Positions 39,427-50,132 of a DNA stretch of 64,000 bases are shown here, piece by piece. Where the stretch lies: NCBI GenBank assembly GCA_902540275.1, contig CACBMB010000008.1, positions 9,623 through 73,622 on the forward strand, read 5' to 3'. Origin of the DNA: an uncultured Pelagibacteraceae bacterium (GTDB lineage: Bacteria; Pseudomonadota; Alphaproteobacteria; Pelagibacterales; Pelagibacteraceae). Positions within the stretch are counted from its first letter, which is position 1. Every line of letters starts with the position of its first letter. The position numbers were made by a program, and so were the translations under genes. Under the pieces are notes generated by a model. That model did not search any database. It was not told the origin of the DNA and saw only the letters and a list, made by a program, of their open reading frames with translations.

Positions 39427-40688
39427 TTATCAATGACTTTGTATCCAATATCTTTACGATAAAAACCTTCATTCCAGTTTAAATTATTTAAGCTATCAAA
39501 TATTTTTTTTCTAGCTTCAGAAAAATTTGATGATAATGATACAAAATTTAAAACTCTTCCACCAACAGCGTATGTTTTCTTGTCTATAATATTAGTGCCT
39601 GCATGGAAGCAATAATTTTTATCATCTGTATTAATCTTTTCTAAATTTTTGATTAATACATTTTTTTTATATTTTTCTGGATAACCATCAGAGCACAAAA
39701 CAATACAAATGGAATTGTCTTTCTTCCATTTTATCTCGATTTCATTTAATTTTTTTTCGCAACACGCTAAAATAATATTTGTTAAGTCTGACTCTAACCT
39801 AGGTAAAATTGTTTGGCATTCTGGATCTCCCATTCTAACATTATATTCGATCAAATAGGGGTTATCATTTTTAATCATAAGACCAGCATAAAGAAAACCC
39901 GAATATTCAATTTTCATTTCCTTAAGGCCTTCAAGAGTTGGATGAATTATTTGATTAATTATTTTGTTTTCAAGATCTATATTAATCAATCTTGATGGTG
40001 AATAAGCACCCATACCTCCAGTATTTTTACCCTTATCACCTTCAAGAACCCTTTTATGGTCCTGAGCAGTGTTAAATAATTTAATATCATTACCATCAGT
40101 AACAATAAAAAAACTCATTTCTTCACCAGTCAAAAATTCCTCTATCAGCACATTTTTTGCTTCTCCAAATTTTCCTGCAAAGATTTCATCTATGGCTATT
40201 AAGGCATCTTTCTTGTTTTCACATATGTAAACCCCTTTTCCCGAGGCAAGTCCATCGGCTTTTATAACGATAGGATAATTTGTTTTTTTTAAAAAAATTT
40301 TTGACTCATTAGGGTTTTGAAATATGCCAAAGTTTGCAGTTGGTATATTATATTTTTCACAAAGTTTTTTTGTAAAAATTTTTGAACCTTCGAGTTGAGA
40401 AGCTGCTTGATTAGGACCAAATATTTTAACTTTTGTATCTAAAAAAAAATCAACTATGCCGTCCACTAATGGTTTTTCAGGACCAACAATTAAAAGATCA
40501 ATTTTTTTTTCCTCAGTAAATTTTTTAATTGCATGGAAATCACTCATATCTATTTGTATGTTTTCAGCTATAGTTGAAGTTCCAGCATTTCCAGGGAGGC
40601 AATATATATTTTTTACATTTTTTGATTTTTTGATGCAAAAACAAATTGCATGTTCTCTACCGCCACTTCCTAAAATCCCAACATTCAT
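39423..40688 (-). CDS. purD: phosphoribosylamine-glycine ligase
   Basis: MNVGILGSGGREHA, ATP-grasp, GGMGAYSP, GDPE. Confidence 0.95.
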   Translation of the reverse strand: MNVGILGSGGREHAICFCIKKSKNVKNIYCLPGNAGTSTIAENIQIDMSDFHAIKKFTEEKKIDLLIVGPEKPLVDGIVDFFLDTKVKIFGPNQAASQLEGSKIFTKKLCEKYNIPTANFGIFQNPNESKIFLKKTNYPIVIKADGLASGKGVYICENKKDALIAIDEIFAGKFGEAKNVLIEEFLTGEEMSFFIVTDGNDIKLFNTAQDHKRVLEGDKGKNTGGMGAYSPSRLINIDLENKIINQIIHPTLEGLKEMKIEYSGFLYAGLMIKNDNPYLIEYNVRMGDPECQTILPRLESDLTNIILACCEKKLNEIEIKWKKDNSICIVLCSDGYPEKYKKNVLIKNLEKINTDDKNYCFHAGTNIIDKKTYAVGGRVLNFVSLSSNFSEARKKIFDSLNNLNWNEGFYRKDIGYKVIDK

Positions 40689-40709
40689 GTATAAATATAT
40701 AAACTAAAA

Positions 40710-40898
40710 ATGTATAAAAAATTAGCAAAAATAAAATATTTACCAAATAATTTTGAAATTATTGAAAATGGAGATCATGTAATTTGTGCCATATCAGGTA
40801 AACCAATTAAATTAGAAAAATTACAATATTGGAATGTCGAACTTCAGGAACCATATTACTCCTACATAGAAGCTGCAAAGAAAAGAGAAGAAAAATAA
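40710..40898 (+). CDS. DUF2093-family small protein
   Basis: 62 aa with CAISGKPIKLEKLQYWNVELQEPY wording as in alphaproteobacterial DUF2093. Family call is from memory. Confidence 0.5.
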   Translation: MYKKLAKIKYLPNNFEIIENGDHVICAISGKPIKLEKLQYWNVELQEPYYSYIEAAKKREEK

Positions 40899-40899
40899 T

Positions 40900-41769
40900 T
40901 TATTTCCACCTATTATGAGACCAAATCCATTTTGACGGATTAAGTAATATCATTTGCTCAAGATTTTTATTTAGTTTTTGAGTGATCTCACTGATGGTTT
41001 CTTTTTCCTCAAAATTTAAAGGTTTATAAACTGTGACCTCAAAATTTACATTATCTTTTCTCTCAATGTAAATTGGTACAACTTTACATTTAAATTTTTT
41101 TACAAATTGTGCTGGAATAGTAGTCGTATATGCATCTTTTCCAAAAAAAGGAGATTGAATTGACTCACTTACTCTTTGATCAATCATTAAAGCTATAGAG
41201 TGTCCGTCATTAAATAATTTTAATAAATTTCGAATATTTGATCTACCTTTTTTAATTTGATTTTTGCAAATATATTTTTTTCTTAAAATTTCTATTATTT
41301 TATTCATAAAAAGATTGTTTAACGGACGATAAATTGCGGCAAGTTTAATGCCTGATTTCTCTAAAGTCATTGCCATCAATTCAAAATTGTCAAAATGACC
41401 AGAAACAAAAATTACGTTTTCATTATTCTTTATAATATTATCAAGAATTTCTTTTCCCTTAATTTTAATCATTTCAGTCTTAGAATTATTTCGAAAATTA
41501 TTCAAGAATGAATATTCGGCTAAAATTCTTCCATAATAATTCCACATTTCACTAATATGATTTTTGATTTCATTCGCACTAGCATGTGGTAAAGCAATTT
41601 TAAAATTGTTTAAGATAGTTTTTTTTGGTCTTAAAAGCGGTCCAATTAAACGAAAAACTTTTCCAGATACGTAAGATGAAATTTTTACTCCTATTATTTT
41701 AAATATTAAAAATAATATCATGATAATGAAAAATTCAATTAAATATCTGAAAAATTTAATTAACTTCAT
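40900..41769 (-). CDS. lipid A late acyltransferase (LpxL/HtrB family)
   Basis: 289 aa, N-terminal TM helix, HX4(D/E) motif GHFDNFEL. Confidence 0.8.
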   Translation of the reverse strand: MKLIKFFRYLIEFFIIMILFLIFKIIGVKISSYVSGKVFRLIGPLLRPKKTILNNFKIALPHASANEIKNHISEMWNYYGRILAEYSFLNNFRNNSKTEMIKIKGKEILDNIIKNNENVIFVSGHFDNFELMAMTLEKSGIKLAAIYRPLNNLFMNKIIEILRKKYICKNQIKKGRSNIRNLLKLFNDGHSIALMIDQRVSESIQSPFFGKDAYTTTIPAQFVKKFKCKVVPIYIERKDNVNFEVTVYKPLNFEEKETISEITQKLNKNLEQMILLNPSKWIWSHNRWK

Positions 41770-42700
41770 TTTTAATTTTTAATTTTTCTTTTAATTTTTC
41801 TATTTCGATAATTTCTAAACTAATTTTAGTAAATTTTATATTTTTTTTGTCTTCATTTTTCAATCTTACAAAATCTTTTTCTGTAGTTAAAATCTTTGAA
41901 TTACTTTTTTTTGCAATTTTATATATCTTTTCAACATCTCGACTCGAATAATTGTAATGATCTGGAAATTCTATATCTTTTATAATCTTAAATTTATTTT
42001 CAATTAACATATTCAAGAATGTACTATGATTTCCAATACCTGAAAAAACTACGAAATTGTCATTAATGTTAAATTCGTCTAAATTAAGTAATTTATAGTT
42101 AGTCTCATAAAAATTAAGATCTGGAAATTTTTTTAACAATTTTATCTTAAAATTCTCATTATTTTCATTAGTCCCATTCAAAAAAACATTTTTATATCTA
42201 TTAAGACTTTTGAGATTTTCTCTTAATGGACCTGCCGGAATTAAAAATCCATTTCCAATCAAATTTTTTTTATTAAAACATACAAAAGAAAGGTCATACG
42301 AAATACTTTTATCTTGAAGACCATCATCAAAAATAGCAATTTCATATTTTTCTAAGATAGCTTTTTTGAGAGCTTCTACACGACTATTGTGAACAAAAGT
42401 TTTTCCAAATTTGCTTAAAAGTATTTGTTCATCTATCTGATCTGGATAATTTTTTTTGATAAAACAACTTTTAATATTTTTTTTATCTAAAATTTTTTTA
42501 ATTTCAATTGCTAGAGAAGTTTTTCCAGTTCCTCCTAAATATATGTTGCCAATACATATACATTTTATATTTTCAAAATTTTTCTTTTTCTTTATTTTAA
42601 TTAGTGTGATAAATTCAAACAATTTTGATAAGGGAAAAAGAATATAGGATAGTAAACTTGGCTTTTTATAATCCCAAAATTTAGGTTTTTTTAATTTCAT
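41756..42700 (-). CDS. lpxK: tetraacyldisaccharide 4'-kinase
   Basis: P-loop GNIYLGGTGKTS, DDGLQD. Confidence 0.85.
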   Translation of the reverse strand: MKLKKPKFWDYKKPSLLSYILFPLSKLFEFITLIKIKKKKNFENIKCICIGNIYLGGTGKTSLAIEIKKILDKKNIKSCFIKKNYPDQIDEQILLSKFGKTFVHNSRVEALKKAILEKYEIAIFDDGLQDKSISYDLSFVCFNKKNLIGNGFLIPAGPLRENLKSLNRYKNVFLNGTNENNENFKIKLLKKFPDLNFYETNYKLLNLDEFNINDNFVVFSGIGNHSTFLNMLIENKFKIIKDIEFPDHYNYSSRDVEKIYKIAKKSNSKILTTEKDFVRLKNEDKKNIKFTKISLEIIEIEKLKEKLKIKNEVN

Positions 42701-43937
42701 CTTTAAATATTTTTAGGATTTCTGCTTCACTTTTTTTCAAAATTAAATTACCCATATTTGAGAAATTTATTTTTTTCTTTTTTTTCCCTTTTAATAATTT
42801 AAGAGAAATTTTTTTTAATTCACTAATGTTTTTTATTTTAAAAGCGGCTTTTTTCTCATCAAAAAGTCTATAGATATCTTTAAAGTTATCAATATTCGGA
42901 CCATGAATTATGTTAAGGTTAAATCTTGCTGGTTCAATAGGATTTTGACCGCCATGATTTACTATGGAGCCACCAATAAATGCAACTTTAGATATATTAA
43001 AAAATTTTTTTGTTTCTCCGTAGGTATCAACTAAATAAATATCTGTTTCTTTTTCAATTTTTTCATTCGCTGATCTAACGATTGTTCTTAATCCCAATGA
43101 CTTAATTTCCTCGTTAATTTCTTTTATTCTTTGAACGTGTCTTGGAATAATAATTGTAAGTAAATTATTAATTTTACTTTTAAGATGTGAATGAACATTT
43201 GCAATAATTTTTTCTTCTGACGGATGAGTACTTGATGCACAAAGAATCAATCTATTTTTTATTTGTTTTAGAAAAGAAATTGGAAGTTTTATATTTTTTT
43301 TATTTGAAATTTCTGAAAATTTTAAATTACCAATATTCTTTATTTTTTTTACATTTAGTTTTTTTAAATATTTGTTTGTATCAGAATTAGATGGAAATGC
43401 TATTTTGATACTCTCAAATATATTTCCAGCAAATTGATTAAAAAGTTTCCACCTCCTAAAAGATTTATTAGTAATCCTCGCATTCATTAGTAATAAGGGA
43501 ATAGATTTTCTTTCTAGTTCTTTATACATACTAGGCCATATTTCAGAGTCTATAAATACAGCTAGTGTTGGTTTCCAATATTTCAAAAATTTTGAACTAA
43601 AATAAAAAAAATCTATTGGAAAAAATTGATGGATAGTTTTTTTGAATTTATAGTTTTTAATTATTCTAGAAGAACTTAATGTTGAAGTTGTAATTAAAAT
43701 GGTTTTAATTTTATTTTCTGTTTCTAATTTTTTAATTAATGGAATTACACTCATCAATTCCCCAACACTTGCAGCATGGAACCAAATAAGATTCCCATTT
43801 GTTCTTTTCTTTGAAATAATACAGAATTTCTCAATAAACCGTTTTGTATCCTCTTTATCCTTAATAAATCTAATGACTAAAATTATTGGAGATAGAATTA
43901 AAATTAAAATGATTAATAATTGATAAATTAAAAACAT
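42681..43937 (-). CDS. waaA: 3-deoxy-D-manno-octulosonic acid (Kdo) transferase
   Basis: WFHAASVGE near the N-terminus, GGS...HGGQNPIEPA near the C-terminus. Confidence 0.85.
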   Translation of the reverse strand: MFLIYQLLIILILILSPIILVIRFIKDKEDTKRFIEKFCIISKKRTNGNLIWFHAASVGELMSVIPLIKKLETENKIKTILITTSTLSSSRIIKNYKFKKTIHQFFPIDFFYFSSKFLKYWKPTLAVFIDSEIWPSMYKELERKSIPLLLMNARITNKSFRRWKLFNQFAGNIFESIKIAFPSNSDTNKYLKKLNVKKIKNIGNLKFSEISNKKNIKLPISFLKQIKNRLILCASSTHPSEEKIIANVHSHLKSKINNLLTIIIPRHVQRIKEINEEIKSLGLRTIVRSANEKIEKETDIYLVDTYGETKKFFNISKVAFIGGSIVNHGGQNPIEPARFNLNIIHGPNIDNFKDIYRLFDEKKAAFKIKNISELKKISLKLLKGKKKKKINFSNMGNLILKKSEAEILKIFKDEIKKT

Positions 43938-45676
43938 TATTTCTTTTTAATTTGTTTTTCATAAAAATTTTTATATTGCATTGAATCTTTTAAAAGATTC
44001 TCATGTTTTCCAGAGGCAATTATTTCTCCATTTTCTACAACAAATATTTTATCAGAGTTAAGTATTGTTGATAGTCTATGTGCAATCACAATTGTAGTTC
44101 GATTTTTAGTAAGAATATTTAAAGCATTCTGAATTTTTTCCTCAGTTTCAGAGTCTAATGATGAGGTAGCCTCATCAAGTAAAATTATTGGGCTTTTCTT
44201 CAGCATAGCTCTTGCAATTGATATTCTTTGTTTTTCACCCCCTGATAGTCGTACTCCATTCTCACCAATTAATGTTTCATATTTTTTGGGAAGTTCATTA
44301 ATAAATTCTTCACAATAAGAAAGTTTAGCAGCTTCTTTAATTTCGGTATCTGATGCGTCAATATTTGCATAAGCTATATTATTTTTAATCGTGTCATCAA
44401 ATAGAGTTGTGTCTTGGCTTACTAAGGATATCTTTTGTCTAAGAGATTTTATTTTTGTTTGATAGATTGATTGATTATCAATAAATATATCACCAGAATC
44501 AACATTATAAAAACGAGGTATCAAGTTCAATATTGTAGATTTTCCGGATCCACTATGACCAACTAAAGCAGACATTTTGTTCCCATTAATCTCAAGGCTT
44601 ATATTTTTTAAAACATTTTCGTTTTCATCATGATATTTGAAATAAACATTTTGGAATTTAATACTTCCACTTCTTATTGAAATATCAGAAGCACTTTGAT
44701 TGTCTTTTATATCATTTATATTATCAACAATTGGTAATATTCTCTTAGCTGCAGTAAGACCTTGATTGATTGCCATGTTTATTGTTGCCAAAGATCGCAC
44801 TGGTTGATAAGCGAGCATCATAGCTGCTAGAAATGAAAAAAAATTATTAATATCAATCTCATTTCTAATTATTAATTTTCCAGAGTAAAAAATTAATATT
44901 GCTATCATTATACCTGTAAAAGTTTCCATAATAGGAGAAACTCGCACATAAACAGTTCTAATTTTTGCAGTTTTATTTTTTAATTTTTCTAAATGATCGT
45001 GAGATCGTTTGATCTCATAATTTTCTTTTTGAAATATTTTAATAAGTTTATGATTTTTAAATAACTCAATTAAGTATGAATTTAAAAACCCTGATCTCTC
45101 TTGTGCTTCGGTTGCAACTTTACTAACTCTTTTTCCAAGCGTTTTTGCAGCCATACTCGCTAGAGGAATCATTATAATTGATATTAATGAAAGTTTCCAA
45201 TTTTGATAAAACATAACAATCAAAAGACCGATAAGAGTAAGACTGTCTTTAAACAATGCTAAGATAGCATCGCTAAGCATATTAGTAATATGTGTCACAT
45301 CATAAGTAAGATTAGATATAAATTTTCCAGAGTGTTTTGCATCAATTAATTTTGTGTCTGCATTTATTAATGAAGAAATCATATCAAATTGTAATAATTT
45401 TTTGATTTCTTCACCAACATAAATCATCGTTGCTTTAGCAAAATAAAGAGAAATACCTTTTGCAGCAAATGTAATAATTATTAATCCTGGAATTAAAAAT
45501 ATTAAAGTTTCATCTTTATCTATAAAGATTTTTTTTATAGCAGGGTCCAACAACCAAGCAATCGCAGATGTACTCGTAGCGACAATTATTGAAAATAACC
45601 CAGCAAGAAATATTTTTTTTAGGAATTTTTTTGAGTAATCTTTATAGAGTCTTTTCAAAATATCACTTGAATTCAT
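43937..45676 (-). CDS. msbA: lipid A export ABC transporter (permease + ATPase)
   Basis: 6-TM domain, then GHSGSGKST, LSGGEKQR, ILLDEATS. Confidence 0.85.
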   Translation of the reverse strand: MNSSDILKRLYKDYSKKFLKKIFLAGLFSIIVATSTSAIAWLLDPAIKKIFIDKDETLIFLIPGLIIITFAAKGISLYFAKATMIYVGEEIKKLLQFDMISSLINADTKLIDAKHSGKFISNLTYDVTHITNMLSDAILALFKDSLTLIGLLIVMFYQNWKLSLISIIMIPLASMAAKTLGKRVSKVATEAQERSGFLNSYLIELFKNHKLIKIFQKENYEIKRSHDHLEKLKNKTAKIRTVYVRVSPIMETFTGIMIAILIFYSGKLIIRNEIDINNFFSFLAAMMLAYQPVRSLATINMAINQGLTAAKRILPIVDNINDIKDNQSASDISIRSGSIKFQNVYFKYHDENENVLKNISLEINGNKMSALVGHSGSGKSTILNLIPRFYNVDSGDIFIDNQSIYQTKIKSLRQKISLVSQDTTLFDDTIKNNIAYANIDASDTEIKEAAKLSYCEEFINELPKKYETLIGENGVRLSGGEKQRISIARAMLKKSPIILLDEATSSLDSETEEKIQNALNILTKNRTTIVIAHRLSTILNSDKIFVVENGEIIASGKHENLLKDSMQYKNFYEKQIKKK

Positions 45677-46542
45677 ATACTAATTTTTCCTAAAAAAATA
45701 AATGCTAAAACAATAAAACCAAAAAAATTATTACTTTTAAAAATTTTTAAACATTTTTGTATATTTGTTTGATCAAATAATCTTATTTGAAAAAAAAACA
45801 GATGGGAGCTCATGATAATAATGCCTAAGTATAGAAAAAAATTAAAATTCATATAAATACCTACAAAAATATAGGATAGAATTGTGATTGAGTAACATAT
45901 AAACAAAAACTTCTTTGGATTATCTTTAAATTTTATAGACGTTGATTTAACTCCTATTATTTCGTCATCTGTAATATCTTGATATCCATAGATAGTGTCG
46001 TATCCAAGTGTCCAAAATATGGCTCCAAAATAAAGAATAATTGGTATTAAATTTATTGAGTTTTCAATTGAGGTCCAACCTAACAATAAACCATAATTAA
46101 AAGTTATTCCCAAAAATAATTGTGGCCAATAAGTGTATCTTTTCATCAACGGATAAGTAAACGCTAATGGCATTGAGCAAAAAGCCAAAATAATTGTTAG
46201 GTAGTTAAAATTAATCAAAACTAATAATGCAAGAAAACATAAAATAGTTGCATAAATCAATCCGAGTCTCACTGATATTTTACCTGATGCTATAGGTCTA
46301 TCTTTAGTTCTTGAAACCTTTTTATCAAATTCCCTATCTACAATATCATTTATAATGCATCCAGCAGATCTCATTAATACAGAGCCTGAGAAAAAAAGAA
46401 TTAGATAGAAAAGATATAGTTTAAGATCATTAGAAAAATCATAAGCCAAAGTTAAACCCCAAGCACAAGGCCAAAATAGCAACATGTATCCAATAGGTCT
46501 TTTAAATCTTGTAAGTTCTAAAAATAATTTTATTTGGTCCAT
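45673..46542 (-). CDS. ubiA: 4-hydroxybenzoate polyprenyltransferase
   Basis: NDIVDREFDKKVSRTKDRP and YGYQDITDD motifs; multi-TM. Confidence 0.85.
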   Translation of the reverse strand: MDQIKLFLELTRFKRPIGYMLLFWPCAWGLTLAYDFSNDLKLYLFYLILFFSGSVLMRSAGCIINDIVDREFDKKVSRTKDRPIASGKISVRLGLIYATILCFLALLVLINFNYLTIILAFCSMPLAFTYPLMKRYTYWPQLFLGITFNYGLLLGWTSIENSINLIPIILYFGAIFWTLGYDTIYGYQDITDDEIIGVKSTSIKFKDNPKKFLFICYSITILSYIFVGIYMNFNFFLYLGIIIMSSHLFFFQIRLFDQTNIQKCLKIFKSNNFFGFIVLAFIFLGKISI

Positions 46543-46572
46543 AAAATTTACTTGTAAATAACAAAGGCAAGA

Positions 46573-46998
46573 TTGATAATCAAACTGATTCGTATGAATA
46601 TAGATTATACAGTAACAGCATTAATGTTTCCTGCTATTCCTTTGATAATGGGAGTGTATAGTAATAGATTTCATTCCTTAAGTGCTTTAATTAGAGAACT
46701 TCATGATGAGCATGTTTATGAAAAACATGTTCCACCTGAATGGAAAAAACAGTTCATAAATTTAAGCGGAAGAATTACTTTGCTCAGATGGTCGATTATG
46801 TTTGGTGCATTTGGTTTTTTATTTAATATGCTTACAGTGTTAGGTCTGTACTTGAATGAGGTTTTTATAGCAAGATTAATTTTCGGATCCTGTTGTTTAT
46901 CAATGATGATTTCAATAATTTTTTTTATAAGAGAAATTCATGTTTCAACAAATGCCCTTAGATTACATATGTCAGATATGGATGTGAAGGTTGATTAA
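46573..46998 (+). CDS. DUF2721-family membrane protein
   Basis: FPAIPLIMGVYSNRFHSLSALIREL wording. The track start is TTG; ATG at 46594 is an alternative. Confidence 0.5.
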   Translation: MIIKLIRMNIDYTVTALMFPAIPLIMGVYSNRFHSLSALIRELHDEHVYEKHVPPEWKKQFINLSGRITLLRWSIMFGAFGFLFNMLTVLGLYLNEVFIARLIFGSCCLSMMISIIFFIREIHVSTNALRLHMSDMDVKVD

Positions 46999-47966
46999 GG
47001 AATTATTACTGCAGGGCCAGTTATTACTCTTGCCTCTAAATCTTTGTGTGCTTGAGCAGCGTCTTGAAGAGAATATTTTTTTGAGATATCAACTTTGAAT
47101 TTAGCAGATAAAATAGCCTCAAAAACTTTTTTTGCTGACTCAACTAATTCTTTCCTAGTAACAGTGTAATGCGCGATAGACGGTCGAGTAAAAAATAATC
47201 CTTTGGCATTTATATCTTTTTTAACATCAATTGTATCTACATACCCTGAAGCATTTCCAAATGCTACCATCATTCCTCTAATCTTTAATGTTTCAATTGA
47301 TCCTTTGAATGTTTTGATACCAACACCATCATAGACTACGTCAATACTATTTTTACCTACAATTTTTTCTACTTCTTCTACAAAATTTTTTTCAGTATAA
47401 TTAATTACATGATGGCAACCATTTTTTTTCGCTATCGCCTCTTTAGCTTTTGAACCTACAGTGCCAATCACTTGTGCACCTAAGGCATTTGCCCATTGGC
47501 ATAAAATTTGACCAAGTCCACCAGCAGCAGCATGATACAAAATTTTGTCACCTTTTTTTAATGGATATGCCCTATGTAATAAATATTCTGCAGTAATTCC
47601 TTTTAAAGTAATACAAGACGCTACCTCATCAGAAATACCATCAGGGACGGATACTAATTTTTCTTCAGGCATTATTTGTTTTTCTGAATATGCTCCAATT
47701 GGCATTGATGCATGAGTAACTCTATCACCAGCTTTAAATAAATTCACTTCAGATCCAACTTCTTCGATAACACCACTGGCTTCAAGACCAATACCACTAG
47801 GTAGTGGAATAGGGTAAAGACCTGTTCGATGATAAACGTCTATAAAATTTAAACCGATTGATAAATTTTTAATTAAAACCTCTTTTGGTCCAGGTTTTCC
47901 AATTTCTACATCCTTATAAACAAGAACCTCAGGTCCACCAAATTTTTCAATTTGTATTGATTTCAT
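46995..47966 (-). CDS. qor: NADPH:quinone oxidoreductase (zeta-crystallin MDR family)
   Basis: GLNFIDVY.R.G.YP, AAAGGLGQ nucleotide motif. Confidence 0.85.
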   Translation of the reverse strand: MKSIQIEKFGGPEVLVYKDVEIGKPGPKEVLIKNLSIGLNFIDVYHRTGLYPIPLPSGIGLEASGVIEEVGSEVNLFKAGDRVTHASMPIGAYSEKQIMPEEKLVSVPDGISDEVASCITLKGITAEYLLHRAYPLKKGDKILYHAAAGGLGQILCQWANALGAQVIGTVGSKAKEAIAKKNGCHHVINYTEKNFVEEVEKIVGKNSIDVVYDGVGIKTFKGSIETLKIRGMMVAFGNASGYVDTIDVKKDINAKGLFFTRPSIAHYTVTRKELVESAKKVFEAILSAKFKVDISKKYSLQDAAQAHKDLEARVITGPAVIIP

Positions 47967-47968
47967 AT

Positions 47969-48805
47969 CTATTTTACAAACGTACCATTATGATAATCTT
48001 GAACAGCTTGTAAGATCTCTGCTTTGGTATTCATTACAAAAGGGCCACCTCTTGCAATTTCTTCATTTATTGGTTTACCAGATATCACTAAAAATTTTGC
48101 TTTTGATTTAGCTCTAATTTTTAATACTTCACCTTTTGTAAGTAGTATTAAGGTGCTATTTTTTACATTATCATGTTTTTTACTGCCGATTTCTATTTCA
48201 CCATTAATTAAATAAATGAAAGTGTTGTGAGTGGATGGTAAATTGAAATTAAATTCTTTATTTATATTTAATTCAACATCAAAATAAACAGGCTCAACAT
48301 TATGTTTTTTTACAGGACCTTCAGCTTTTTCAAATTTACCAGCAATAACTTTTACACGCTTATCATCATCTTCGTGAACACTCATTTTATCAGCATCAAT
48401 ATAAATATACTCAGGTTTGCTCATCTTCAATTTTGCAGGCATATTGATCCATAATTGAAAACCGTGAAGTTTGCCTTCTTTCATAGCGGGCATTTCTGAA
48501 TGGATAATCCCACTTCCGGTTTTCATCCACTGAACATCTCCAGCGGTCATTCTTCCCTCACCACCAGTGCTATCTTTATGCTCAAAATCTCCAGCCAACA
48601 TATAGGTAACTGTTTCAATACCTCTATGAGGGTGAGGGGGAAAACCTGCAATATAATCCTCACTATTTTCTGAACCAAATTCATCTAGCATTAAAAAAGG
48701 ATCAAAATAATTTGGCTCAACTCCAATGCTCCTTTTTAATTTTACACCAGCACCGTCAGATGCAGGGATTGGATCTATAATTTGTTTAACTTCAATATTT
48801 TTCAT
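47969..48805 (-). CDS. pirin-family protein
   Basis: FPPHPHRGIETVTYML and GDVQWM cupin motifs. Confidence 0.9.
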   Translation of the reverse strand: MKNIEVKQIIDPIPASDGAGVKLKRSIGVEPNYFDPFLMLDEFGSENSEDYIAGFPPHPHRGIETVTYMLAGDFEHKDSTGGEGRMTAGDVQWMKTGSGIIHSEMPAMKEGKLHGFQLWINMPAKLKMSKPEYIYIDADKMSVHEDDDKRVKVIAGKFEKAEGPVKKHNVEPVYFDVELNINKEFNFNLPSTHNTFIYLINGEIEIGSKKHDNVKNSTLILLTKGEVLKIRAKSKAKFLVISGKPINEEIARGGPFVMNTKAEILQAVQDYHNGTFVK

Positions 48806-48841
48806 TAGTGTTTAATAATATGTTTAATATTTGATTCAAGG

Positions 48842-49225
48842 TTACTTTTTGTCTAAACAATATCCTTTAGCACCATTTGCAACCAAGAATAAAAAACCAC
48901 CAGCTAAAGCAATATTTTTCATAAATGCTATTATTTGCATTTGGTCAGAAAAATCATTGTGAAAGATAAAAGCTGTGGCTATACAAAATAAACTTAAAGC
49001 AGCCGCAGCTATTTTTGTTTGATAACCAACAATAATTAATATTGGTGCAACTATTTCTAAAACAATTGCAGGTATTAATAAAAAACCAGGTAGACCAAAA
49101 CTTTCCATCCAACCAATTGTTCCATCGTAATTACCAATTTTATTAAAACCACTTAAAAGAAAAATACCTGATATAAAAACTCTTCCTATTAAGTCAAAAA
49201 TTTTAATCATAATTTTTACCCGCAC
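48842..49225 (-). CDS. DoxX-family membrane protein
   Basis: GRVFISGIFLLSGFNKI and four TM helices. Alternative start at ATG 49210. Confidence 0.8.
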   Translation of the reverse strand: MRVKIMIKIFDLIGRVFISGIFLLSGFNKIGNYDGTIGWMESFGLPGFLLIPAIVLEIVAPILIIVGYQTKIAAAALSLFCIATAFIFHNDFSDQMQIIAFMKNIALAGGFLFLVANGAKGYCLDKK

Positions 49226-49404
49226 CTATTACATCTTACTGTTGCAAACATATCATCCCAATCAGACTCTTTTTCTTCTACATAATCTAGTAAACATCTT
49301 AAAGCTTTTGACTTATCAGGAAGATCATATTTATCAGTAATTTGATCTAACATTTTTTCTGAGTCTGAATAAATTTCGAAAGACACATCTTTTTTTTCAC
49401 TCAT
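49216..49404 (-). CDS. 62-aa acidic hypothetical protein with C-terminal CxxC
   Basis: MSEKKDVSFEIYSDSEKMLDQI...KALRCLLDY...VRCNRCG. Possible ribbon-helix-helix-like N-terminus. Heads the doxX-pirin-qor string. Confidence 0.45.
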   Translation of the reverse strand: MSEKKDVSFEIYSDSEKMLDQITDKYDLPDKSKALRCLLDYVEEKESDWDDMFATVRCNRCG

Positions 49405-49452
49405 ATTTTTTCCTTTTAATTTATGTTATGTCTCCAATTAACAATTTATATA

Positions 49453-50115
49453 TTAAATCTTACTAAATAATCCAGATAAATCTTTAATTTCAAAATTAGG
49501 TTTATAATCTAATTTGTCAAAAATATTATTGTTTCTATTCACCCATATAGCTTGATAACCATAATTCCCACCACCAGAAACATCCCAGGTGTTTGAACTT
49601 AAAAAAACAACTTCATTTTTTTTAATTTTATATTTTTTTATGGGCATATCATAAACTTCAGGGTTTGGTTTATATACACCTACTTCTTCAATTGAAAAAA
49701 TATCATCAAATAAATTTTCTAAATTATTACTTTTAACTAACTCCTTAAGCAAAGATGGAGTTCCATTTGAAAGAATTGCTAATTTAAATTTTTTTTCTTT
49801 TAATTTTTTTAAAGTTTCGTGTACTTCTTTAAAAGTAGAGAGAACTTTGTAGAGATTTAAAAGCTCATCTCTCATTGAAGGGTTTATTTTAAAAACTTTC
49901 ATAGATTTATCTAAACTATCCTCAGTAATTTGCCAAAAATCTTTGTGTCTTCCCATTAAACTTCGAAGCCAAGTATATTCTAATTGAGTAGTTCTCCAAA
50001 AATTTGAAAAAGGCTCCCATTTCTCTCCAATTTTATCTTTGCATTTCTCTGCAGCAGAATTGACATCAAACAATGTGCCATAAGCATCAAAAATTATTGC
50101 TTTAATATTTTTCAT
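49453..50115 (-). CDS. haloacid dehalogenase type II (HAD superfamily)
   Basis: IIFDAYGTLFDV nucleophile motif, ILSNG, SSNTWDVSG. Confidence 0.8.
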   Translation of the reverse strand: MKNIKAIIFDAYGTLFDVNSAAEKCKDKIGEKWEPFSNFWRTTQLEYTWLRSLMGRHKDFWQITEDSLDKSMKVFKINPSMRDELLNLYKVLSTFKEVHETLKKLKEKKFKLAILSNGTPSLLKELVKSNNLENLFDDIFSIEEVGVYKPNPEVYDMPIKKYKIKKNEVVFLSSNTWDVSGGGNYGYQAIWVNRNNNIFDKLDYKPNFEIKDLSGLFSKI

Positions 50116-50132
50116 AAATTAACTTAACATAA

